Source of the DNA: an uncultured Spirochaetota bacterium
GTDB taxonomy: Bacteria; Spirochaetota; Spirochaetia; SZUA-6; Fen-1364
Direction: 5' to 3'
Assembly: GCA_963781885.1 (NCBI GenBank)
Contig: CAWAHW010000002.1
Span: 1,152,001 to 1,216,000 of the forward strand
Length of the DNA stretch: 64,000 nt
Position 1 is the stretch's first letter. Every line of letters starts with the position of its first letter. Below the pieces are notes generated by a model. The model was not told the origin of the DNA. It ran no database searches and saw only the letters and a list, made by a program, of their open reading frames with translations. The translations under genes were made by a program, and so were the position numbers. Below are positions 30,099-43,600 of this stretch, piece by piece.

Positions 30099-30678
30099 GA
30101 CGACCAGCATCGTGATGGTGGGCGTCGGCGGGCAGGGCATCCTCCTGGCGACCCAGATCATCGCGCGCGCGGCGCTCGCCGCCGGGCACGACGTGAAGAC
30201 GAACGAGGTGCACGGCATGGCGCAGCGCGGCGGCTCCGTCCTGGCCCAGATACGCTTCGGGGAGAAGGTCTACAGCCCGCTCGTGCCGGAAGGGACCGCC
30301 GCGGTGCTGGGCTCCCTGGAGCGCATCGAGGCGCTGCGGATGAGGGATTATCTTGCGGCGGGCGGGCTCGCCGTCGTTTCGCAGCAGGCGATCATCCCCG
30401 TCACCGTCTCCTCGGGCCAGGCGACGTATCCCGCCGACGCAGAGCAGAGGCTGCGCGCCGCCTTCCCGCGCCTGGCCTACATCGACGCGATTTCGGCGGC
30501 CGAAAGGCTGTGCGAGCCGCGGGTGGCAAATGTCATCCTGCTGGGCGCCATGTCCACGGCGCTGCCGATTTCGCCGGCGTGCTGGGCAGAGGCCATCTCC
30601 CAATGCGTGAAGCCCGCCTACCGCGATATCAATATGCGCGCGTTCGAGGAGGGCAGGCTGCTCGCCGTGGCCGTCTGA
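30091..30678 (+). CDS. iorB: Indolepyruvate:ferredoxin oxidoreductase beta subunit
   Basis: 'GVGGQG', 'EVHGMAQRGGSV'. Confidence 0.93.
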   Translation: MSRTTSIVMVGVGGQGILLATQIIARAALAAGHDVKTNEVHGMAQRGGSVLAQIRFGEKVYSPLVPEGTAAVLGSLERIEALRMRDYLAAGGLAVVSQQAIIPVTVSSGQATYPADAEQRLRAAFPRLAYIDAISAAERLCEPRVANVILLGAMSTALPISPACWAEAISQCVKPAYRDINMRAFEEGRLLAVAV

Positions 30679-30736
30679 AGACTCCTGACTGTCCTCGCCG
30701 GACGGGGTATACTTAAGAGGGGCGGAAGGAGACACC

Positions 30737-31894
30737 GTGAGCGCACAGTCGGTCCTGATTGTCGACGATGAACCCAAGATCCTCGAAGCCATCGACCGGG
30801 AGCTCTTCTTCTGGAAGACGCAGAAGGATATCACGCTCTACACGGCGCTTTCGGCCCGGAGCGCGCTGGACATACTCGCCACGAACCACGACTCCATCCA
30901 CGTCATGGTGAGCGACCTGAAGATGAGCAGCATGGGCGGCGACGAGCTGATCTGCGAAACGAAGCGGCTCTATCCCGACATCCGTTCGATCCTCATCACG
31001 GGGTACTCGGAGGCGGCGGGCATCTCCCGCGCGGTATCGGCGGGAATCACGGCATTCATCCAGAAGCCGTGGGAAACCGACGGCCTGATCGCCGAGATCG
31101 AAAAGGCCATGGCGCAGCACGACGCGGACCTTGTCAACCGCGACTATCTTGCGCGCCTGGTGGCGCAGATGGAGCGCACCGGCCAGATCCAGAAGCGTCT
31201 CTTCGAGCACGACAGTTTTCCCAGCGCGAATTTCAACGTCGAGGTCGCCTACCAGCCCCTGACCGAGTTCTTCTGCGGAGGAGATTTCTACCAGGTCATC
31301 CCGCTTTCCGACGACAAGTGCATCATCATCATCGGCGACGTCTCGGGGCACGGCCTGGAGGCGGCATTCGTCACGGGCATCGTCCACACCCTCATCGCCC
31401 GCGAGGAGCTGGAGAACGCGGGGAGCGCGGATTTTTCCCCCAGCGCGTTCCTCGCGCGGCTGAACAGGCTGATCCTGAAGGACCTGGCACAAGCACCCGA
31501 GTTCATCATCACCCTGACGGCGGCCTTCCTGGACTGCGCGGCGCATCGACTGGTCTTCAGCAATGCCGGCAACCTTCCCCTCTATCTCCTGCGGCCGGAG
31601 TCGTGCTCCACCCACGCGGTGCCGGGCTTCCCCTGCGGCTTCACGGCGGATGCGCAGTTCACGGAGCTCTCCATCCCCGTACGGGAGGGAGACAAGATCG
31701 TGCTCATGACCGACGGGCTCGTTGAAAGGGGGAGGATCGCCGGCTACGTGAACTTCGACTCCGTGCAATCCCTCATGATGCATTTCTGCGGCGATCCCGG
31801 TTTCAACCGCAAGATCATCAAGCTCATCCTGGAGATGTTCCCCGAGGGTAAGTTCTACGACGATGCAACCCTCGTGAGCATCGATATCCTCTGA
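30737..31894 (+). CDS. Response-regulator receiver fused to SpoIIE/PP2C phosphatase
   Basis: REC motifs 'IVDDE...SDLKM...KPW'; phosphatase motifs 'GGDFY', 'GDVSGHG', 'TDGLVE', 'DDATLV'. Confidence 0.9.
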   Translation: MSAQSVLIVDDEPKILEAIDRELFFWKTQKDITLYTALSARSALDILATNHDSIHVMVSDLKMSSMGGDELICETKRLYPDIRSILITGYSEAAGISRAVSAGITAFIQKPWETDGLIAEIEKAMAQHDADLVNRDYLARLVAQMERTGQIQKRLFEHDSFPSANFNVEVAYQPLTEFFCGGDFYQVIPLSDDKCIIIIGDVSGHGLEAAFVTGIVHTLIAREELENAGSADFSPSAFLARLNRLILKDLAQAPEFIITLTAAFLDCAAHRLVFSNAGNLPLYLLRPESCSTHAVPGFPCGFTADAQFTELSIPVREGDKIVLMTDGLVERGRIAGYVNFDSVQSLMMHFCGDPGFNRKIIKLILEMFPEGKFYDDATLVSIDIL

Positions 31895-32000
31895 AGGCCT
31901 GCCTCCCGAATCTTCCTGCTCACGCCTGACTTGAACCCGAATGCCTTGCAAACCGGGGCAATGAGCGTGTCATCACGAGCGGCGAAAAAGATCGCGGAAA

Positions 32001-32429
32001 TTACCGCCAGGACTCCAGCGCCGAGAGAAATCGGGCAAAGGCTTCGGGGGGAAATGCATCCTCGGGGATGCGCACCCTTTTGCCGTCGCGCAGGCGGACG
32101 ACGGCCGATCTTCTGCCGATCGTGCGCCGCACGGAGATGCGCGCCACCTCTTTTTGCTCGACGCGCCGCTGTCGGAGGGTGCGGCCGCTGCAGAGCGTGA
32201 GCGTCTCCCCGTCCAGCGACACCGTCCTGATGCCGCGACGGAACCAGCGCGCGACGTCGATGCCGAAACCGATGCCGACGCAGAGTGTGAGGAGCAGGAA
32301 GGCGAGAAGCGACAGAAGCGTCGGGACGAGGAAGAGCGCGAGCAGGACGAGCGCCACCAGCAGGAACGCAATGACATCGGTGGCGATGAGGTAGCGGGGC
32401 TGGGCGCTGAGCGTGACGTGTGTCTTCAT
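32001..32429 (-). CDS. Hypothetical membrane protein
   Basis: Two TM helices followed by a basic, PH-like beta domain. Confidence 0.6.
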   Translation of the reverse strand: MKTHVTLSAQPRYLIATDVIAFLLVALVLLALFLVPTLLSLLAFLLLTLCVGIGFGIDVARWFRRGIRTVSLDGETLTLCSGRTLRQRRVEQKEVARISVRRTIGRRSAVVRLRDGKRVRIPEDAFPPEAFARFLSALESWR

Positions 32430-32468
32430 GGACGGCCGGGTTTTCACAGTAGCGCATATCCACTTGTC

Positions 32469-32526
32469 TTGACAGAGGGGTCCCGCGTCGCTACCGTGGG
32501 GCAGCAATTTGGTGCATAAGTATGCA
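32469..32526 (+). promoter_or_regulatory. carAB promoter with ARG box
   Basis: TTGACA-N17-TACCGT (32469-32497); palindrome TGCAT-AAGT-ATGCA at 32513-32526 matches the ArgR box pattern. Confidence 0.7.
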
Positions 32527-32553
32527 TGCCGGCTTTCCGGCGCATGGGGAGAC

Positions 32554-33659
32554 GTGGGAAAAGCAGTCCTGCTTCTTGAAGACGGTTTCGTTCTGGAAGG
32601 CGACGCATTCGGCGCTCGCGGCGAGGCGTTCGGAGAGGTCGTTTTCAATACGTCGATGTCCGGCTACCAGGAAGTACTTACCGACCCGTCCTATCGGGGC
32701 CAGATCGTCACCATGACCTACCCGCTCATCGGCAACTACGGCATCGTGCCCGAAGACGGCGAATCGGGCGGTACGTGGCTGTCCGGCTTCGTCGTGCGCG
32801 AGGTGAGCGCGATGCGGTCCAACTGGCGCAGCACCGTGGATCTGCCGACGTGGCTGGAAGCGCAGGGAGTCGTCGGCATCCAGGGCGTGGATACGCGCGC
32901 CCTGACGCGCCATTTGCGGACTCACGGCGCGAAACATGGCGTCATCTCGAGCGGGGACCTGGCGATGCGGTCACTCGCGGCGAAGCTCGAGAAGGCGCCA
33001 AGGATCGTCGGCATCGATCTCGTCCGGGAGGTCTCCTGCAAGACTCCGTACGAATGGAACGAGGGGCTCCCCGGCGCGAAGCCCACCGAGGCGCGACGGC
33101 ACGTCGCGGTCATCGACTGCGGCGTGAAGCGCAACATCCTTCGCTGGCTGGTGTCCTCCGGCTGCCGGGTCACGGTCGTACCCGCGCGCACCACCGCCGC
33201 GGAGATTATTTCGCTGGAGCCCGACGGCATCGTGCTCTCAAACGGTCCCGGCGACCCCGAGCCCGTGACGTACGTCATCGAGACAGTCAAAGGTCTCGTG
33301 GGCAGGACGCCCCTTTTCGGTATTTGCCTCGGCCAGCAGATGCTGGGCATCGCCCTGGGCGGAAGGACCTACAAGCTGAAATTCGGCCACCACGGGGCAA
33401 ATCACCCCGTCCAGGACCTCGAAACGGGGCGCATTGCCATGACCTCCCAGAACCACGGCTTCAATGTCGACATGGATTCACTCACCGATCCCGGCACGCG
33501 CATGACACACAAGAACCTCTACGACGGCACGGCCGAGGGCCTGGAGAACAGGGAGCTGCGCCTCTTCAGCGTGCAGTACCACCCCGAGGCGAGCCCGGGT
33601 CCGCATGAATCAGGGTACCTGTTTGCACGCTTTGCCGCGCTGATGGACGGCGCACGCTG

Positions 33660-33660
<1 letters not shown>
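32554..33660 (+). CDS. carA: Carbamoyl-phosphate synthase small subunit
   Basis: '[21 protein letters not shown]', 'SNGPGDP', 'GICLGQQ', '[10 protein letters not shown]'. Confidence 0.96.
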
Positions 33661-36887
<3,227 letters not shown>

Positions 36888-37951
36888 TGCGATCGAGCAT
36901 CGTCCCGACCTCCGTGAGCGGCTCCACATCCCTGTTGAGGATCCGATAGACGCCGCTGATGATGGGAAGCGCGAGCTTCCGCTGGCTGGCAAGCGCATGC
37001 ACCCACTTCGCCGTCATGATCCCTTCCGCGATGTAGCCGAAGCGCGGCAGGCTTTTGATCACGTCGTCGATCGACGAGCAGCCCTCGATCAGCTTCTTCA
37101 GCACGATCTCCCGGCCGAAACGCCTGTTGCGGCCGTGCAGGCTGCGGCACGTGACGTCGAGGTCCCCCACGCCCGCGATGGACGTGAAGGTCTCGGGGTG
37201 CGTGGCGCCCATCGCGCGGCCCAGCACCTGGATCTCGTTCAGCCCTGCCGCGAGGAGGAGCGATTCTGTGTTGTCGCCGAACTGCGGCGAGTTCTCTTTC
37301 AGAGCGTCCAGGATGCCAAACGCGATGGCGACGACGTTCTTCAGCGCGGCGCTGATCTGCACGCCGCGGACGTCGAGGGACGAGAAGACGACGAGACTGC
37401 CGCCGGCCATGAGCTCGCGCACGCGGATGGAGTTGCGCCCGCTGCGCGACGCGCTGATGAGACCGGTGATTTTTCCCTGCGCCACCTCGATGGCATGGCT
37501 GGGACCCGAAATGTAGACGAGCTTGCCGCGGTACATGCCGGGCAGGTAGTCCTCCATCGCCTCGGTGATGAGGCGTATGCCTGATGGCGTCTCGATGAAT
37601 CCCTTTGTCAGGATGGAGATGATCGTGCGGCCTTCGCGGATGCTGAGACAGGAGAGAATCTGCTTGAAGCTCGACAAGAGATAGAGCGAGGGGAGGGCGA
37701 TGAACAGGTGCCCGCAGCCTTCCGCAACCGCGGCCATGTCGGTCGAGGCGTGGAGCTGCGCGGGCAGCCTCATGCCGGGGAGGAAGCGCTCGTTCGTGTG
37801 GGAGGCGTTGATCTCCGCGGCGACGCCCGGCTCGTAACACCAAATGTCCACCGGGCGGCCCTTCTCAGCGATTACTTTGCCGATTGCGGTACCCCAGGCA
37901 CCTGCACCGATTATGCCGATCCTGGCGGCCACATCTTCGGACATGGTGAGT

Positions 37952-37980
37952 TGCATACAACGCGCCGGAGCCGCTGTCAA
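37952..37980 (-). promoter_or_regulatory. Probable gpsA promoter (short or leaderless transcript)
   Basis: Minus strand TTGACA-N17-TATGCA ending 7 nt before the ATG. Confidence 0.5.
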
Positions 37981-39356
37981 GGACAGGCCCCGCGTTGCAT
38001 TTGGCCGCAAATACCGTGGCCGCAAATGCCACGGAATACCGGGGCCGCAAATGCCACGATATGACGTACGGATTTCTTTATCAGGTCAAGGTCCTGCTGG
38101 AGCATGTGGCTGTCGGGGTAGATGGCGAGCCCCTGCTCCGCGACGGCGCGCGCTTCGGAGAGCTTGCGGGCGTTGAAGAGAAATGCCACGGAGTTGTGCA
38201 CGTAGACCTCGTACGAGCGCAGGAGGGCGTCGGGCTTGCCAAGCTTTTTCAGGCCATCCGCGACCGTTGCCGCCGCCGACGTATAGTCGCCCGCGTTGGC
38301 TTGCGACTGGGCCCGGAGCTGGAAGACGTCCACGGACAGCGCCGTCCAGTCGGCGTCCTGCAGGGTGGTCCGCACCCCGGGCTGCGTGAGCAGGGCATCC
38401 GCGTCCGTGTAGTCATTTGCGTTGAGGAGGCTCACGGTCCAGTTATGGTAGATGTCCCGCCGCGACTGATCGATATCGACGATTCCGCCAAAGGACGCTT
38501 TCACCGAATCGATGAACTGCACCGCCTGGCTGAACTGCTGGCGAATGCCCAGCCAGGAGATGTAATTGGTGAACGCGCCGGTCAGTATCTTGCGGCTGTC
38601 GTCGGTGCCCATCAGCGTGAATGCGCTCACGGCCGGCTGAAGGGCTTCCTTGTAGGCGCGCACGTCCCAGCTTTCTGACACCCGATTGTCGAGGATCAGG
38701 CTGAGGAGCTCCTTTTCACCGATGGTCTGCCGGTCCGCGTAGTCCCCCGGCGGCACATAGGCGAAGCCGGTGACCTTGCCGAATGAGTCGGTGAACTCCT
38801 TTTTCGCCCCGGGATTGAAGCCCAGGGGGTTCGTGGTCTCCACGTCGACGGGCTGGCCGTTCACGAGCACCGTGCAGAATGCATGATCCGTCGTCCGCAC
38901 CCCCCCGACGGAGAGCCCCACGGACCGGGCCACGATCATGTAGAGGACCGCCGAGGAGACACAGTTGTAGATGCCCGTGTCCAGGGCCGTGTCCACCCGC
39001 GTCTGGAGAGTGGAGTAGCCCGAAAAGAGGTTCTTGTGCAGGAAGGTGAGAGCCCGTTCGCCCAGCTCCGCCTGGCTCGTGACATCGGCGACCTCGGCGC
39101 TGAACTTGCGCACGAGGCCCTCCAGCTTGTCTTTCGCCGCGGCAGCGTCGGCATCTGATGCGCCGGAAAACTGGAGGGCTGCATCGACGATGGTGTCCAC
39201 GGGCAGCGGCTCCCGGACGGCAGAAAGCTGCTGGCTGAGGGGCAGCGGGGAGAGATCGGGCATCGGCGTGGGCGGCGCCTTTGCCTGTGCCCACAGGGCA
39301 TGTATAAAAATGATCTGCGCGAATGCAATTGCAGCGCGCGCCGTCCGCGTCCTCAT
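37977..39356 (-). CDS. Exported transglutaminase-like/TPR-like protein
   Basis: Signal peptide; Cys-His-Asp/Glu-like motifs 'YNCVSS', 'DHAF', 'DVETT'; helical repeats at the C-terminus. Confidence 0.7.
   Translation of the reverse strand: MRTRTARAAIAFAQIIFIHALWAQAKAPPTPMPDLSPLPLSQQLSAVREPLPVDTIVDAALQFSGASDADAAAAKDKLEGLVRKFSAEVADVTSQAELGERALTFLHKNLFSGYSTLQTRVDTALDTGIYNCVSSAVLYMIVARSVGLSVGGVRTTDHAFCTVLVNGQPVDVETTNPLGFNPGAKKEFTDSFGKVTGFAYVPPGDYADRQTIGEKELLSLILDNRVSESWDVRAYKEALQPAVSAFTLMGTDDSRKILTGAFTNYISWLGIRQQFSQAVQFIDSVKASFGGIVDIDQSRRDIYHNWTVSLLNANDYTDADALLTQPGVRTTLQDADWTALSVDVFQLRAQSQANAGDYTSAAATVADGLKKLGKPDALLRSYEVYVHNSVAFLFNARKLSEARAVAEQGLAIYPDSHMLQQDLDLIKKSVRHIVAFAAPVFRGICGHGICGQMQRGACP
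38003..38055. repeat. Three copies of GGCCGCAAAT(G/A)CC
   Basis: Copies start at 38003, 38018 and 38043; reverse-complement copies at 40582 (full) and 40604 (partial). Confidence 0.75.
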
Positions 39357-39436
39357 CGTTTTCCTTGAAACAAGATCAGCATTCCTATGGATTCACGTCA
39401 AGGCATGGGATAGAGTGAAGAGGCACAGGAGGCTGT

Positions 39437-40543
39437 ATGAGGATCGGAGTTCCCCGGGAAATCAAAACGCATGAGTATCGGGTCGGGATGACGCCCCATT
39501 CCGCCAAGGCGTACGCGAAGAGCGGCCATTCCGTGATGATCGAGAAAGGGGCAGGCATCGGGTCTGGCTACGAGGACGCGGAGTACCTCGCCGCCGGGGC
39601 GCGCCTGGTCGCCGACAAGACGGAGCTGTTCCGCGAATCGGAGATGATCGTGAAGGTGAAGGAGCCGCTCGCGGAAGAGTTCCCGCTCTTCCACGAGGGA
39701 CAGATCCTTTTCACGTATCTCCACCTTGCCGCCAGCAAGGACCTGGCGGACGAGCTGATCAAGCGGAAGGTGACCGGTGTCGCCTACGAAACGATCGAGC
39801 TCGCCGACCGATCGCTGCCCTGCCTCACGCCGATGAGCGAGATCGCCGGGCGTCTTTCGGTGCAGGAAGGCGCAAAGTACCTGGAAAAGGAGTTCGGCGG
39901 CCGCGGCATCCTTCTGGGCGGCGTGCCCGGCGTCCAGCGTGGGAAGGTTTCCATACTCGGCGGCGGCATCGTCGGCACCAACGCATGCAAGATCGCGGTG
40001 GGCATCGGCGCGAACGTGACCGTGCTCGACATCAACGCAAAGAGGCTGGCCTATCTCGACGACATCTTCGGCAGCTCCATCACGACGCTCTACGCCACGG
40101 AGGCGAATATTGAGCTGGTCCTGCGCGAATCGGACATCGTCATTGGCGCCGTCCTTGTTGCCGGCGAGACCGCGCCGCGTCTGATCACGCGCCAGCACCT
40201 TTCCATCATGCAGCACGGCGCAGTGATCGTCGACGTGGCCATCGACCAGGGCGGGTGCGCGGAAACCTCCCGACCCACCACGCACGACAACCCCATCTAC
40301 ATCGTGGACAATGTGGTGCATTACTGCGTGGCAAATATGCCGGGCGCCGTTGCCCGCTCTTCTACCATCGCCCTGACGAGCGTCACGTTGCCCTATGGGC
40401 TCCTCATTGCCAACCAGGGGCTCGCGGCCGCCTCCAGGGCCAACGAGGCGCTCAAGAAGGGCGTCAACACGATAGACGGGAAGTGCGTGCACCCGGGGGT
40501 GGCCAAGAGCTGCGGCCTGCCCTACACGGCCTATACGGGCTGA
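39437..40543 (+). CDS. ald: Alanine dehydrogenase
   Basis: 'MRIGVPREIK.HEYRVG', 'LFTYLHLA', 'PMSEIAGR', 'VDVAIDQGG', 'HYCVANMPGAV'. Confidence 0.95.
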   Translation: MRIGVPREIKTHEYRVGMTPHSAKAYAKSGHSVMIEKGAGIGSGYEDAEYLAAGARLVADKTELFRESEMIVKVKEPLAEEFPLFHEGQILFTYLHLAASKDLADELIKRKVTGVAYETIELADRSLPCLTPMSEIAGRLSVQEGAKYLEKEFGGRGILLGGVPGVQRGKVSILGGGIVGTNACKIAVGIGANVTVLDINAKRLAYLDDIFGSSITTLYATEANIELVLRESDIVIGAVLVAGETAPRLITRQHLSIMQHGAVIVDVAIDQGGCAETSRPTTHDNPIYIVDNVVHYCVANMPGAVARSSTIALTSVTLPYGLLIANQGLAAASRANEALKKGVNTIDGKCVHPGVAKSCGLPYTAYTG

Positions 40544-40614
40544 CGCGACAAGCCCTCGGCGCCGCAGGCGCGGCGGAGGGCGGCATTTGCGGCCGCTCCT
40601 GGCGGCATTTGCGC

Positions 40615-40660
40615 TTGTCATTTCCACCCATATACTATACACTTGTATAGTATATGGGTG
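40615..40660 (+). promoter_or_regulatory. dnaE2 promoter overlapped by a perfect 17-bp inverted repeat
   Basis: TTGTCA-N17-TACACT; CACCCATATACTATACA-CT-TGTATAGTATATGGGTG (40625-40660). Confidence 0.8.
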
Positions 40661-43600
40661 TCAGTTACCTCCACTTCAGGTCCCACTATTCACTCCTCCG
40701 CGGTTGTCGATCACCAGAGGAGATTTGCCGTTTCGCCCGGGAGCGAAGCATTTCCGCCGTAGGAATGGCGGACATCAACAATTTCTACGGACTGATCTCC
40801 TTCCTGCTTGCCGCGCAGAGGGAGGGGGTGCGACCCGTGGTCGGAGTTGTCGTTCGGAAGGACCGTAAGGACCTGTTTACCGCGTACGTGATGAGCAGGC
40901 AGGGCTTCGGCTGTATCTGCCGGTTGCTCACGGAGCTGCTCACGGACAAGACGGGCGGCTATGACCCGGTGGCCGCCCTTCAGGAGCGAGGGTGGGAGGG
41001 GCTCTCTCTTCTGAGCCCCCATCCTGAGGTCGTCGACCGGTTGGCGGCGCGGGACCGGGCGGGCCTGTACGTTCAGCTCAGCTACGGAAGGCCGTTCTCC
41101 TTCCTTGCGGGCTTCGCACGGGACAGGGGTCTTCTCGCCGCCGCTGTTCAGGACACGACATTTCTCGACGAGTCGGACGAGCGGTTGTATCCGCTTCTGC
41201 GTGCCATCGACCTGAACGTCACCCTGGAGAGCGTGCCGTCGGAGGAGCGACTGGACGACAGCCACAGATTCGCGGAGCCCGCGGCAATGCAGGGCTTCTT
41301 TTCCGCCGTGCCCGACGCCCTGGCGGCCACGGAGCGCATAGCCGGGGAGGCAGACGCCTCCGGCATCATCAGCCCGCAGTACGTCTTTCCGTCATTCGAG
41401 GGCATGGCGGAGGAAGAGACGTTCCGCGCGCTCGTGCATCACTGCGAGGCAGGTGTTTGGCGACGCTACGGCGCCATGCGGCCGGACGTCCGCGAACGGC
41501 TCGACTACGAGCTTTCGATCATTCGTGAGAAGGGCTTCGCGTCCTACTTCCTGGTGGTGCGCGACATCGTGCAGCAGTGTCCCCGGACCTGCGGTCGGGG
41601 CAGCGCTGCTTCAAGCATCGTGTCGTATCTCCTGGGCATCACGCACGTGGATCCCCTGCGGTACGCGCTTTTCTTCGAGCGCTTCCTCAACCGGGGCAGG
41701 AAGGACCCGCCCGACATCGACGTGGACTTCCCCTGGGACGAACGGGAGAAGACGCTCGCCTACGTGTTCCAGAAGTACGCGGGCCGGGCCGCCATGGTGG
41801 CCAACCACGTCACATTCGGACCGCGCTCCGCCATCCGTGACCCGGCAAAAGCGCTGGGACTGCCGGAGGAGGAAACGGCGGAGATGGTGCGCGCCTTCCG
41901 CCAGGGCAGATTCGACGACATCCCCGCCTACATCCGGGAAAGCGCCGCGCGCATCCGCGGCTTTCCCCGCAACCTCGGCACGCACTGCGGCGGCGTGGTC
42001 ATCACCCCCGGCCCGATCACGGACTACACGCACGTGCAGACGTCGCCGCTGGGCTACCCCGTGATTGCCTGGGAAAAGGACGGCGCGGAGGAGGCGGGCC
42101 TCGTGAAGATCGACCTGCTGGGCAACAGGTCCCTTGCCGTGCTGCGCGACACGCTGTCCCTCGTGGAAGGCACGCACGGCGTCCGCCTGGAATGGGAGAG
42201 CTTCGATCCCCTGGAGGATGCCGACACGCGGGACCTGATCGCCGGAGGCAGGACCCTGGGTGTCTTCTACGTGGAGTCTCCCGCCACCCGGCAGCTCCTC
42301 ACCAAGATGGAGCGGGGGGATTACGAAAACCTGGTGATCGCGAGCTCCATCATTCGTCCCGCGGCCAACCGGTACATCCAGACATTCGTGAAGCGCCTTC
42401 ACGGCGCTCCCTACCGGCCCCTGCATCCCCTCATCGAGCAGACCCTGGCGGAGACGTACGGGGTGATGGTCTACCAGGAGGACGTCTCCCGGGTGGCCAT
42501 CGACCTTGCGGGGTTTCCGATCGAGGAGGCCGACCGGTTGCGCAAGATCCTCTCCAAGAAGGACCGCGACCTGAAGCTGCCCGACATGCGGGAGCGCTTC
42601 TTCCGCGGCGCCCGCGGGAACGGCGTGCCGGAGGAGACCGTGGTGAAGGTCTGGGACATGATCCTCTCCTTCGACGGCTACTCTTTCTGCAAGCCCCACA
42701 GCGCCTCCTACGCGCAGGTCTCCTACCGGGTGGCGTACCTCAAACGGTTCTACCCGCTTGAGTTCATGGCCTCGGTGATCAACAACGACGGCGGCTTCTA
42801 CGGCCGGCAGACCTACGTGGACGAGTGCCGGCGCATGGGCTTTCCCATCCTGCCGCCGGACGTGAACAGGAGCCGCTGGGAGTACACGGTGGAGGGGCTT
42901 GCGGCGGCCCGTCCGGCTGCAACGTCGGTCGCGGCGGACGGCGGGCTCCCGACGTCCAACTCCGCGGAGTACCGCGGAAGGTTTCGCCCGCCCCTGGCCG
43001 CGCCCGACGCGCTTGCGCGTCATTTGGCGCGGCAGCCCTCCAACGTCGCCGGGAGCGACAGGGCTGAGGGCGCCCTGCGCGTCGGGCTCGGCCAGATCAA
43101 GGAGGCGCGTCGGGACCTCGTGCAGGCCATTGTGGAGGAGCGTGACGCGCACGGCCCCTTCGCGGGCTTCCACGACTTCATCACCCGCACCCCCTGCCGG
43201 TTTGAGGACGTGCGCGTGCTCATCCGGGCGGGCGCACTGGATTCCGTCTCGGACGGCTGCACCCGGCCGCAGCTCTTCTTCCGCTGGCTCTCCATCGAAC
43301 GGGATAAAGGGCTGGGCTTCCTGCCGCCCGCCCCGCCGCCTCTGGAGGACTACCCGGCCCGGGTGAAGCTCGCCGACGAGGTGCGGACGCTCGGCATCGT
43401 GGTGTCGAGCCATCCCCTGACGCTTTTCCGTCCCCGGATCGAGCGCTTCATGCAGCGGCGGGGCCTGGGTCCGCTGGTCTCTTCTCCCGACATCCCCCGG
43501 CACAAGGGCCAGGCCGTGTGGATGGCGGGCATCCTCGTGACGGGAAAGGAGGTGGCCACAAAGAAGCGCGAGCCGATGATTTTCGTGAGCTTCGAGGATG

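Noticed and set aside
42898-43071. Intein or self-splicing intron in dnaE2
   Set aside because: No Cys/Ser start or His-Asn end, too short, and no group I/II features seen
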